Shown here: piece by piece, positions 7,837-16,099 of the stretch
Numbering within the stretch: the first letter of the stretch is position 1
Layout of the letters: each line of letters starts with the position of its first letter
Origin: a phage
Strand: one strand, 5' to 3'
Assembly: GCA_021421665.1 (NCBI GenBank)
Contig: GCA_021421665.1_4698.1
DNA length: 32,908 nucleotides
Notes under the pieces: generated by a model
What the model saw: only the letters and a program-made list of their open reading frames with translations
Databases searched by the model: none
What the model was told of the DNA's origin: nothing
Position numbers and translations under genes: made by a program

Positions 7837-8836
7837 GCTTCGCAGCTTGTACAAAGACTCCGAGGTACTTGATGCAATCGAGCAAGCTACCGACGAGAAA
7901 GGTAATGTTAATTATAAGGAGATGGCACGGGTGCTATCGTGTCATCCTGTGGGTAAGAAGATTACCCGCCAGTTGGCTCGATACTGGCACGGTCAATTCA
8001 AGAAGACCAAGAAGAATGGTGGTTATTACCAGACCCTTCTGCAAGAAGATAAGCGTATCAAAGAAGAGCGTAGGCTCAGGACTCCTGACCGCTACGAGGA
8101 TTTGGCTATTGTACCACTGCCTGACTCGCCTCATCGAAGTGTACTGGTAATCCCTGATACCCATGCGCCTTATGAGCATCCAGATACTTTAGAGTTCCTT
8201 GCAGCCGTGGCAGCACGTTATCGCCCAGACACAGTGGTACATCTTGGGGATGAGGCAGACAAACATGCCTTGTCATTCCACGACTCTGACCCCAATCTGG
8301 ATAGTGCTGGAGTGGAGTTAGAGAAGGCTCGTGTATTCATGCACAAATTGCACAAGATGTTTCCTGTGATGCGCCTGTGTCATTCTAACCACGGCTCTAT
8401 GCACTTCCGCAAGGCAAGCGCTAAGGGCATCCCTGTGCAATATCTACGTACCTATCGTGAGGTCTTCTTCCCGAATGGAGGTGGCGATCAGTGGGATTGG
8501 CAGCATACGCATGTACTTGAGTTGCCGAATGGCGAACAGGTAGCGTTCAAGCATCAACCTGCTGGCGTTGTCCTAGCAGATGCAGCGCATGAGCGTATGA
8601 ATCTTGTGTGTGGTCATCTGCATGGTAAGATGTCTGTGGAGTATGCACGTAATACTCATGAGCAGTATTGGGCTGTGCAGGGTGGCTGTCTGATTGATGA
8701 GTCGTCTCGTGCATTTGCCTATGGTCGTGAGTCTAAGTACAAGCCAGCATTAGGCTGTGTGGTTATTCTGGAGGGTGTACCACACATTGTCCCGATGCAG
8801 ACCAATAGCGACAATCGCTGGGTTGGTAAGATTTAG
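7829..8836 (+). CDS. calcineurin-like metallophosphoesterase
   Basis: Motifs VIPDTHAP (D-x-H), HLGDEAD (GD), SNHG (GNH-like) and CGHLHG; start placed at TTG 7829 after AGGAGG, with in-frame ATG 7805 as alternative. Confidence 0.7.
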   Translation: MGKLRSLYKDSEVLDAIEQATDEKGNVNYKEMARVLSCHPVGKKITRQLARYWHGQFKKTKKNGGYYQTLLQEDKRIKEERRLRTPDRYEDLAIVPLPDSPHRSVLVIPDTHAPYEHPDTLEFLAAVAARYRPDTVVHLGDEADKHALSFHDSDPNLDSAGVELEKARVFMHKLHKMFPVMRLCHSNHGSMHFRKASAKGIPVQYLRTYREVFFPNGGGDQWDWQHTHVLELPNGEQVAFKHQPAGVVLADAAHERMNLVCGHLHGKMSVEYARNTHEQYWAVQGGCLIDESSRAFAYGRESKYKPALGCVVILEGVPHIVPMQTNSDNRWVGKI

Positions 8837-8853
8837 TTGACACTATAGAACAA
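8831..8853 (+). promoter_or_regulatory. SP6-type phage RNAP promoter ATTTAGTTGACACTATAGAACAA
   Basis: Overlaps the stop codon of the preceding gene; predicted +1 G at 8848; a hairpin (aagggta...taccctt) follows within the first 30 nt of the transcript. Confidence 0.75.
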
Positions 8854-8903
8854 AGGGTAGGTGCTAGCTTACCCTTGATTGTATAGTGAATGGAGGAATT
8901 AAT

Positions 8904-9443
8904 ATGTCACACTATGTATGTAAGAAATGCCATAATCGCTATGATAATTGCACCTGTGATTATAGTAAAGGTGAAAGAATTAAAGCAGGTGATTATGTTA
9001 TACGACGTGCTGGCTGCCGCACTTTAGAGTGGAATAAGGTATGTAACCAATTAGGAAAGAAAGGGGATGCAACATTCAAAGTTACAAAGGATGAGCCTGT
9101 CAGCAGCGCTATTATGCTTGAAGGTATCGAAAATAGAGAATGGTATGCACCTTATTTCGAGCGAGTAGCTGCTCCCCAAGTTGTATCTGAGTCCAACATG
9201 TTGGAAAACAATATGGTTACTCAGCCTAAGCACTACGAGTTCTTCGAAGGTGTAGAAGCAATCACTATCATTGCCCGTAGTATGACCGAGAAGCAATTCG
9301 CTGGCTATTGCATGGGTAACGCCTTGAAGTACCGCCTGCGTGCAGGTAAGAAGTTCAACACTGAAGAAGACCTGAAGAAAGCAGATTACTACAAAGAGTT
9401 ATTCCAGAAGCATCGTCACGAATGTATTGATGAGGACATTTGA
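8904..9443 (+). CDS. T7 gp1.7-like protein (nucleotide kinase family) with N-terminal Cys cluster
   Basis: C-terminal block ARSMTEKQFAGYCMGNALKYRLRAGKK...KADYYKELFQKH resembles recalled T7 gp1.7 (ARSMTVEQFKGYCFGNILKYRLRAGKK...KADFYKELFEKH); N-terminal CKKCHNRYDNCTC; GGAGG SD. Confidence 0.6.
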   Translation: MSHYVCKKCHNRYDNCTCDYSKGERIKAGDYVIRRAGCRTLEWNKVCNQLGKKGDATFKVTKDEPVSSAIMLEGIENREWYAPYFERVAAPQVVSESNMLENNMVTQPKHYEFFEGVEAITIIARSMTEKQFAGYCMGNALKYRLRAGKKFNTEEDLKKADYYKELFQKHRHECIDEDI

Positions 9444-9444
9444 T

Positions 9445-9618
9445 ATGGAAGGTAAATTGTATCGAGGTTATTTCGGAAATCTATATAAGGTTAGCAGTAG
9501 AGGCTTTGTGTTGGCTTCCAATGATGAAGGTGCAACGTGGTATTTAAGTGCTTACGGTTCTAACTTAGCATACTTTAAAGCTGCAATATACAAAGGTGTT
9601 ATGAAGGAGGTTGGATGA
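9445..9618 (+). CDS. hypothetical protein (57 aa)
   Basis: ATG 9445 just after the upstream stop, GAGGA 8 nt upstream; stop overlaps the ligase start. Confidence 0.4.
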   Translation: MEGKLYRGYFGNLYKVSSRGFVLASNDEGATWYLSAYGSNLAYFKAAIYKGVMKEVG

Positions 9619-10562
9619 ACATCTTCCAATTCTTAGGTCTTCCAGAAGACCACCGCAATCACCCCTTCATGCTGGTGAAGCATCGCGGTGAAGTACCTGA
9701 GAAGAAACTTACTTTTCCATGTTATGCACAGGTGAAACGTGATGGAATATTTAGTGCTGTTGTGGTACGTAATGATGGTGCTGTTGCCATCTTTGGTCGT
9801 ACTGGTAAGAAGCTCGCAAATGTTGAAGACTTGGAAAAGTTATTTAGTGTATTTCCTGTCGGGTTGTATCTTGGTGAGTTGCAATCTATGGCTGTTGATA
9901 TATATCTTGAAGCTCTATCAGGGGTAGTAAATCCCAATCGCACTGAGCCACTCGATTTCATAGGCCAGCAGATTAAAGACAACCTGTATATCGACTTCTT
10001 CGATATGTTAACTATTAAGGCATTCCATGATGGATTCACTGATGTTTCTTATCTCAAACGTTACGATGCTTTACATCGTCGCATCGGCGCTCATCTTAGC
10101 GGGAACAACGCTATCCTCCCTATTACTCCTTGCCATAATGAGCGAGAAGTTGAAGCGTTTGCACAAGAGCAAATAGATGCAGGCCGAGAAGGTGCTGTGT
10201 TTAAACTGGACTGCGACTATGAAGCAGGTCACAAAGGTTATCGTCAGACTAAAGAAGTCCGTAAGGTAACTTATGACCTTACTTGTATTGGCTTTGAAGA
10301 AGGTAAAGGTAAGTACAAGGGTAAGGTAGCTAACCTCATTTTCAAATGGAAAGGAGGCAAGACAATCAAAGCTATGTTAGGTAAAGGGTGGACTCATGCA
10401 GATGCAGAACAGATGTTCCACGATATTAAACATGGCGGACGATTGAATGTCATTGGTAAAATCTTTGAAGTAAAAGGTCTTCAGGATTCAAGCAAGGGCA
10501 ACATTCGTCTGCCCAAAGCGGGAGAATTAAGACATGACAAAGATGAACCAGATTTCTTTTGA
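9615..10562 (+). CDS. ATP-dependent DNA ligase (T7 gp1.3-like)
   Basis: Adenylation motif KxDG present (AQVKRDGIF); AAGGAGG SD before ATG 9615. Confidence 0.88.
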   Translation: MNIFQFLGLPEDHRNHPFMLVKHRGEVPEKKLTFPCYAQVKRDGIFSAVVVRNDGAVAIFGRTGKKLANVEDLEKLFSVFPVGLYLGELQSMAVDIYLEALSGVVNPNRTEPLDFIGQQIKDNLYIDFFDMLTIKAFHDGFTDVSYLKRYDALHRRIGAHLSGNNAILPITPCHNEREVEAFAQEQIDAGREGAVFKLDCDYEAGHKGYRQTKEVRKVTYDLTCIGFEEGKGKYKGKVANLIFKWKGGKTIKAMLGKGWTHADAEQMFHDIKHGGRLNVIGKIFEVKGLQDSSKGNIRLPKAGELRHDKDEPDFF

Positions 10563-10749
10563 TAACATGAAGGCAACTCGTGCAGTTGAGGTGGCAGAAG
10601 CTATCTTCGAAACCTTATCCTGTGGCATGGAAGTGCCATATAACTTACTGGCTGATGCAGAAGAATTAGGTCTTTCTGTAGAAGCTATCCAAGAGAAAGT
10701 AGAGGAACTTTATGGTACAGATGAAGAAGAAACCGACGATTTCATTTGA
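10534..10749 (+). CDS. small acidic hypothetical protein (71 aa)
   Basis: ORF-track ORF with GGGAGA 8 nt upstream; acidic C-terminus ...DEEETDDFI; overlaps ligase end by 29 nt. Confidence 0.45.
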   Translation: MTKMNQISFDNMKATRAVEVAEAIFETLSCGMEVPYNLLADAEELGLSVEAIQEKVEELYGTDEEETDDFI

Positions 10750-10753
10750 AGGG

Positions 10754-10882
10754 ATGGAGATGCTTAAGAGGGTTCTCACTCCTTCCTCCCCTAAGCTAAC
10801 TAAGGCTCATGAAGAATTAATAGTTGATGAGGTGAAGCGTTACATCATGGAGTGTGTCAAGGCACAACTGGTGGTTCAATGA
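10754..10882 (+). CDS. small hypothetical protein (42 aa)
   Basis: Stop overlaps the start of the next gene in an ATGA arrangement (10879-10882); below ORF-track cutoff; weak SD. Confidence 0.3.
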   Translation: MEMLKRVLTPSSPKLTKAHEELIVDEVKRYIMECVKAQLVVQ

Positions 10883-11340
10883 TACGTCCCGCTTCCTTCC
10901 TAGATATTCCTGAGATTATAAACCTTGGGAATAAGTATGTGGAAGAGGAAGTCAAGGTAGTGGCTCATCACTCAGCCTCATGGAATGCAGAACAAAGCGC
11001 ACACAACCTTTGTGCATCTCTAAGTAGAGAAGATTTATTCCTGTGGGTGGCTGTTGATGAAGGGCAGATTGTAGGGTTCCTATGGGCTGGCTATCATGAG
11101 TTAGCCCCTTGGACACCTGTAAGAGTTGCCTCTGATATTCTCTTCTACATTGTACCAGAGAGGCGAGGGACACTGCTTGGTATGCGCCTTATCAAAGCAT
11201 TAAAGCAATGGGCCAGTGAAAGCAAGTGTGCCGAGGTTCGCCTGTCTATCGCCTCTGGTATTAATGAAGAACGTGTCGGACGTATGTATAAGCGACTTGG
11301 CTTTGAACCGTTTGGCACTGTGTATAACCTGAAGTTCTAA
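10879..11340 (+). CDS. GNAT-family N-acetyltransferase
   Basis: GNAT-like core QIVGFLWAGYHEL...ERRGTLLGMRLIKALKQWA...RMYKRLGFEPFG; start at ATG 10879 (ATGA-coupled) preferred over ORF-track start 10852. Confidence 0.65.
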   Translation: MIRPASFLDIPEIINLGNKYVEEEVKVVAHHSASWNAEQSAHNLCASLSREDLFLWVAVDEGQIVGFLWAGYHELAPWTPVRVASDILFYIVPERRGTLLGMRLIKALKQWASESKCAEVRLSIASGINEERVGRMYKRLGFEPFGTVYNLKF

Positions 11341-11349
11341 GGAGATAAC

Positions 11350-11556
11350 ATGGGTGTTGTAAAGAAAGCATTTAAGGCTGTAGGTCTTGCTCAAGATGCA
11401 CCACGTATTGAAGCTAAAGTACCAGCGCAGCAGCTTGAGCGTCAACCTGAAACTGAAGCAGAAGATATCCAGATTGGTGCAGGGGATGATGCCACTGCCT
11501 CTGCAAAAGGTAAGCGCGGACTTGTCCGTCCAGTGGCCTCTAGCCTGAAGGTGTAA
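11350..11556 (+). CDS. small basic virion protein (T7 gp6.7/gp7.3-like)
   Basis: AAGGAGA SD; MGVVKKAFKAV... with C-terminal GKRGLVRPVASS; sits directly before the portal gene as in T7. Homology recalled, not verified. Confidence 0.5.
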   Translation: MGVVKKAFKAVGLAQDAPRIEAKVPAQQLERQPETEAEDIQIGAGDDATASAKGKRGLVRPVASSLKV

Positions 11557-11557
11557 T

Positions 11558-13108
11558 ATGAAACAGAGCACAGATTTGGAGTATGGAGGTAAGCGGTCTA
11601 AGATACCTAAGCTATGGGAGAAGTTCTCCAATAAACGTAGCTCTTTCCTTGATAGGGCAAAGCATTACTCCAAATTAACCTTGCCCTATCTGATGAATGA
11701 CAAAGGTGATAACGAGACTTCGCAGAATGGATGGCAGGGTGTAGGTGCTCAGGCAACTAATCATCTGGCCAACAAGCTAGCGCAAGTGCTATTCCCTGCG
11801 CAGCGTTCCTTCTTCCGTGTAGACTTAACTGCACAAGGTGAGAAGATTCTTAACCAGCGTGGCCTGAAGAAGACAGAACTAGCTACTATCTTTGCTCAAG
11901 TAGAAACACGGGCGATGAAAGAGTTAGAGCAACGTCAATTCCGTCCTGCTGTAGTAGAAGCATTCAAGCATCTTATTGTTGCTGGTAGCTGTATGCTATA
12001 CAAGCCGAGTAAGGGTGCAATCAGTGCTATCCCAATGCATCACTACGTAGTTAACCGTGACACCAATGGCGACCTGTTAGACATTATCTTACTGCAAGAG
12101 AAAGCCTTACGTACATTTGACCCAGCTACACGTGCTGTAGTGGAGGTAGGCTTGAAAGGTAAGAAGTGCAAGGAAGATGACAGCATTAAGCTGTACACAC
12201 ATGCTAAGTATCTTGGTGATGGCTTTTGGGAACTTAAGCAATCTGCTGATGATATTCCTGTAGGTAAGGTGAGTAAAATCAAATCAGAAAAGCTACCTTT
12301 CATTCCACTGACTTGGAAGCGAAGCTATGGTGAGAGTTGGGGTCGCCCTCTTGCAGAGGATTACTCCGGTGATTTGTTCGTTATCCAATTCCTATCTGAA
12401 GCAGTTGCCCGTGGTGCTGCACTGATGGCAGACATTAAGTACCTGATTCGTCCTGGTGCTCAGACTGATGTTGACCACTTTGTTAACTCTGGCACTGGTG
12501 AGGTTGTCACTGGTGTAGAAGAAGATATCCATATTGTACAGTTAGGTAAGTATGCAGACCTCACACCTATTAGCGCGGTCCTAGAGGTGTACACTCGCCG
12601 TATTGGTGTTGTCTTCATGATGGAGACAATGACACGCCGTGACGCCGAACGTGTTACTGCTGTAGAAATCCAGCGAGATGCGTTAGAGATTGAGCAGAAC
12701 ATGGGTGGTGTATATTCCCTCTTCGCTACTACTATGCAATCGCCAGTAGCGATGTGGGGTCTGCTGGAGGCAGGAGAGTCCTTCACTAGTGACCTAGTGG
12801 ACCCTGTGATTATCACAGGTATTGAAGCTTTAGGGCGCATGGCTGAGTTGGATAAACTGGCTAACTTCGCTCAGTATATGTCACTGCCATTACAATGGCC
12901 TGAGCCTGTCCTAGCTGCTGTGAAATGGCCTGACTATATGGATTGGGTGCGTGGTCAAATCTCTGCTGAACTGCCGTTCCTTAAATCTGCTGAAGAGATG
13001 GCACAAGAACAGGAAGCGCAGATGCAAGCACAGCAAGCACAGATGCTTGAAGAAGGTGTGGCTAAGGCTATACCGGGTGTAATTCAACAAGAACTTAAGG
13101 AGGCGTAA
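11558..13108 (+). CDS. portal (head-tail connector) protein, T7 gp8-like
   Basis: N-terminal block WQGVGAQATNHLANKLAQVLFP resembles recalled T7 gp8 WQAVGARGLNNLASKLMLALFP; 516 aa; position before scaffold and capsid. Confidence 0.9.
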   Translation: MKQSTDLEYGGKRSKIPKLWEKFSNKRSSFLDRAKHYSKLTLPYLMNDKGDNETSQNGWQGVGAQATNHLANKLAQVLFPAQRSFFRVDLTAQGEKILNQRGLKKTELATIFAQVETRAMKELEQRQFRPAVVEAFKHLIVAGSCMLYKPSKGAISAIPMHHYVVNRDTNGDLLDIILLQEKALRTFDPATRAVVEVGLKGKKCKEDDSIKLYTHAKYLGDGFWELKQSADDIPVGKVSKIKSEKLPFIPLTWKRSYGESWGRPLAEDYSGDLFVIQFLSEAVARGAALMADIKYLIRPGAQTDVDHFVNSGTGEVVTGVEEDIHIVQLGKYADLTPISAVLEVYTRRIGVVFMMETMTRRDAERVTAVEIQRDALEIEQNMGGVYSLFATTMQSPVAMWGLLEAGESFTSDLVDPVIITGIEALGRMAELDKLANFAQYMSLPLQWPEPVLAAVKWPDYMDWVRGQISAELPFLKSAEEMAQEQEAQMQAQQAQMLEEGVAKAIPGVIQQELKEA

Positions 13109-14028
13109 TGTCTTTCTCATTTACTGAACCAACAACCACTCACCCTACTGCTGAAGGTAGTTCGGTAGAAACCAAGGAGGTAACAACTGATGCTGCTACT
13201 ACTGATATTCCTGCTGACACTGGCACTGATGTACAAGATGACAATGCTAGTGCGCAACCTACTGAAGACACCAGAGGAGAAGATTCTGGACAGCCTTCAG
13301 AAGAAGGAGACAATGGCGGAGAGAATGGTGAATCTAAGCCAGATGATACCAAGACCGACGCTGAGGAAGTGCAATACTTCTTCGGAGAACATGAAGTAAC
13401 AGTAGACATCCCACAGGATGTGACTGATAGCCTTAAAGAGAAAGGTATTGATGCTAAACAGGTTGCCAAGGAACTCTATTCAAAAGATGGCAAGTTTGAG
13501 CTGTCAGATGCAACCAAGCAGAAACTGTATGATGCCTTTGGGAAATTTGCGGTAGATGCTTACCTGTCTGGTCTTAAGGCGCAGAACGAGGCATTCTTCC
13601 TGAAAGAAGCCAATGCAGCTAAAGAGTTGGAAGCAGCTAATACCCAGCGATTCTCTGATGTTTCTAAGGAAGTTGGTGGGGAAGAAGGCTGGTCCCGTCT
13701 TGAGTCTTGGGCACTTGAGGCGTTGTCCGATGACGAACTCACGGCCTTCAATGAGGTTATGGCATCTGGCAACCAGTATCTCCAGCAGTACGCTGTGCGC
13801 GAACTGGAGAGCCGCCGTAAGGCCGCACAAGGTGATGACAAGCCAAACCTGATTGAGCCAACTGCACCTGCTGCCGCAACGGAAGACAACGGCCCACTTT
13901 CTCGTGAGCAATACATCCGTGAGATGATGACTCTTAATTCCCGCTTTGGTAAAGATAAGAAGGCGGCAGCAGAATATCAGGCTAAGCTGGATGCACGTCG
14001 TCGTGCGGGTATGGCTCGCGGATTGTAA
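13108..14028 (+). CDS. scaffolding protein (T7 gp9-like)
   Basis: 306 aa, strongly acidic and low-complexity N-terminus; start overlaps the portal stop (taATG); between portal and capsid. Confidence 0.8.
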   Translation: MSFSFTEPTTTHPTAEGSSVETKEVTTDAATTDIPADTGTDVQDDNASAQPTEDTRGEDSGQPSEEGDNGGENGESKPDDTKTDAEEVQYFFGEHEVTVDIPQDVTDSLKEKGIDAKQVAKELYSKDGKFELSDATKQKLYDAFGKFAVDAYLSGLKAQNEAFFLKEANAAKELEAANTQRFSDVSKEVGGEEGWSRLESWALEALSDDELTAFNEVMASGNQYLQQYAVRELESRRKAAQGDDKPNLIEPTAPAAATEDNGPLSREQYIREMMTLNSRFGKDKKAAAEYQAKLDARRRAGMARGL

Positions 14029-14034
14029 TTCAGT

Positions 14035-14057
14035 ATTTACTGGACACTATAGAAGGG
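14035..14057 (+). promoter_or_regulatory. SP6-type phage RNAP promoter ATTTACTGGACACTATAGAAGGG upstream of the capsid gene
   Basis: Predicted +1 G at 14052; the transcript begins with hairpin gggaga-AATG-tctccc at 14055-14070. Confidence 0.8.
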
Positions 14058-14107
14058 AGAAATGTCTCCCTAAATTATCAATTTGATTTATAAGGAGATC
14101 ATAATAC

Positions 14108-15307
14108 ATGTCTACACCGAATACTCTAACTAACGTTGCTGTATCCGCATCCGGTGAGGTTGACAGCCTTCTTATTGAGAAGTTTAACGGCAAGGTTAAT
14201 GAGCAGTACATGAAAGGCGAGAACATTCTTTCCTATTTTGATGTACAGACTGTAACTGGTACAAACACGGTTAGCAATAAATACTTAGGTGAGACTGAAT
14301 TGCAGGTGTTAGCACCGGGTCAGTCTCCTAGTGCTACACCAACTCAGGCAGATAAAAACCAGTTGGTGATTGATACTACGGTTATTGCCCGTAACACTGT
14401 AGCTCATATCCATGATGTGCAGGGTGACATTGATAGCCTGAAACCTAAGCTGGCTATGAACCAAGCCAAACAACTGAAGCGACTGGAAGACCAGATGGCA
14501 ATCCAGCAGATGCTGTTAGGCGGTATCGCTAATACCAAAGCCACACGCACTAAGCCGCGTGTTAAAGGTCACGGTTTCTCTATCAACGTTAACATCACCG
14601 AGAGTGAAGCACTTTCTAACCCTCAGTATGTTATGGCAGCAGTGGAGTACGCTCTGGAACAACAGCTTGAGCAGGAAGTAGATATCTCTGATGTGGCTAT
14701 CCTGATGCCGTGGAAGTTCTTCAATGCGCTGCGTGATGCAGACCGTATTGTAGATAAGACTTACACCATTAGTCAGTCAGGCAGCACGGTACAAGGGTTT
14801 GTATTGTCTTCTTACAATTGCCCTGTTATCCCGTCTAACCGTTTCCCTTCTTTTGCAGGGAGTGCACCTCACCACCTGTTATCTAACGCAGATAACGGGT
14901 ATCGCTATGACCCGACAGCAGAAATGAATGGTGCAGTTGCTGTACTGTTTACAGCGGATGCACTGTTGGTTGGTCGCACCATTGATGTAACTGGTGATAT
15001 CTTCTATGAGAAGAAAGAGAAGACTTACTACATCGATACCTTTATGGCAGAAGGTGCGATCCCTGACCGCTGGGAGGCTGTGTCTGTGGTTACAACCAAA
15101 CGCAACGCCAGTGGTGTTGCTGAAGGTGCAGGCACTGACCACGCTATTGTCCTGTCTCGTGCACAGCGTAAGGCGGTTTATGTCAAGAGCGCTAACCCGG
15201 CAGGTGCTTACGCTGCCTCTAGCCTGCAAGCGGAAGACTTGGTTGCTGCTGTACGTGCTGTAATGGCAAATGACATTAAGCCGACTGCAATGAAACCTGC
15301 TGAGTAA
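14108..15307 (+). CDS. major capsid protein (T7 gp10-like)
   Basis: 399-aa ORF with AAGGAGA SD, own promoter and a terminator-like hairpin downstream; position after scaffold. Confidence 0.88.
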   Translation: MSTPNTLTNVAVSASGEVDSLLIEKFNGKVNEQYMKGENILSYFDVQTVTGTNTVSNKYLGETELQVLAPGQSPSATPTQADKNQLVIDTTVIARNTVAHIHDVQGDIDSLKPKLAMNQAKQLKRLEDQMAIQQMLLGGIANTKATRTKPRVKGHGFSINVNITESEALSNPQYVMAAVEYALEQQLEQEVDISDVAILMPWKFFNALRDADRIVDKTYTISQSGSTVQGFVLSSYNCPVIPSNRFPSFAGSAPHHLLSNADNGYRYDPTAEMNGAVAVLFTADALLVGRTIDVTGDIFYEKKEKTYYIDTFMAEGAIPDRWEAVSVVTTKRNASGVAEGAGTDHAIVLSRAQRKAVYVKSANPAGAYAASSLQAEDLVAAVRAVMANDIKPTAMKPAE

Positions 15308-15315
15308 TACCTATG

Positions 15316-15348
15316 CCCTATCTACCTTGCGTAGGTAGGGTTCTTTTT
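15316..15348 (+). terminator. terminator-like hairpin (ccctatctac / gtaggtaggg) followed by TTCTTTTT
   Basis: 10-bp stem with one G-U pair, then a T-tract; immediately after the capsid gene, the position T-phi occupies in T7. Confidence 0.6.
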
Positions 15349-15361
15349 GTTAGGAGGATTC

Positions 15362-16099
15362 ATGCCTGTAATTAGACAAACAAGTAAAGTAGGCAACCTG
15401 ATGGAGGGTGTTGCCTTCCAGATTATTGATAGTAAACTTGAAGCGGTCAACTTATGTATGCGAGCTATTGGTCGTGAGGGTGTGGATTCTCTCGACTCAG
15501 GGGATCTCGATGCAGAAGATGCAAGCAAGATGATTGATATCGTGTCCCAGCGATTCCAGTACAATAAAGGTGGTGGCTGGTGGTTCAACCGCGAACCTAA
15601 CTGGCAACTTGCACCAGACACCAACGGTGAGGTTAACCTTCCTAATAATTGCCTTGCTGTGTTGCAGTGTTATGCTTTAGGTGAGAAGAAAGTACCCATG
15701 ACTATGCGTGCAGGTAAGTTGTACTCTACTTGGAGTCACACATTTGATATGCGTAAGCACGTAAATGCTAATGGTATGCTTCGTCTTACCTTGCTTACCC
15801 TCCTGCCATATGAGCACTTACCTACGAGTGTGATGCAAGCAATTGCATACCAAGCTGCTGTGGAGTTTATTGTGTCTAAGGATGCAGATAAGACTAAACT
15901 TGTCACCGCACAACAGATTGCCTCTCAGCTTCTTATGGATGTACAATCTGAACAAATGTCACAGAAGAGATTGAACATGCTGGTGCATAACCCCACCCAA
16001 CGCCAGTTCGGTATCATGGCAGGTGGCTCTCAGAATGTACCTGCTTACTCACACTCTCCATATGATAGTTGGACCCTTCGTCCTTGGGAGGATCGTTAA
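15362..16099 (+). CDS. tail tubular protein A (T7 gp11-like)
   Basis: TAGGAGGA SD before ATG 15362 (ORF-track start 15347 rejected); 245 aa; position between capsid and gp12-like gene. Confidence 0.8.
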   Translation: MPVIRQTSKVGNLMEGVAFQIIDSKLEAVNLCMRAIGREGVDSLDSGDLDAEDASKMIDIVSQRFQYNKGGGWWFNREPNWQLAPDTNGEVNLPNNCLAVLQCYALGEKKVPMTMRAGKLYSTWSHTFDMRKHVNANGMLRLTLLTLLPYEHLPTSVMQAIAYQAAVEFIVSKDADKTKLVTAQQIASQLLMDVQSEQMSQKRLNMLVHNPTQRQFGIMAGGSQNVPAYSHSPYDSWTLRPWEDR

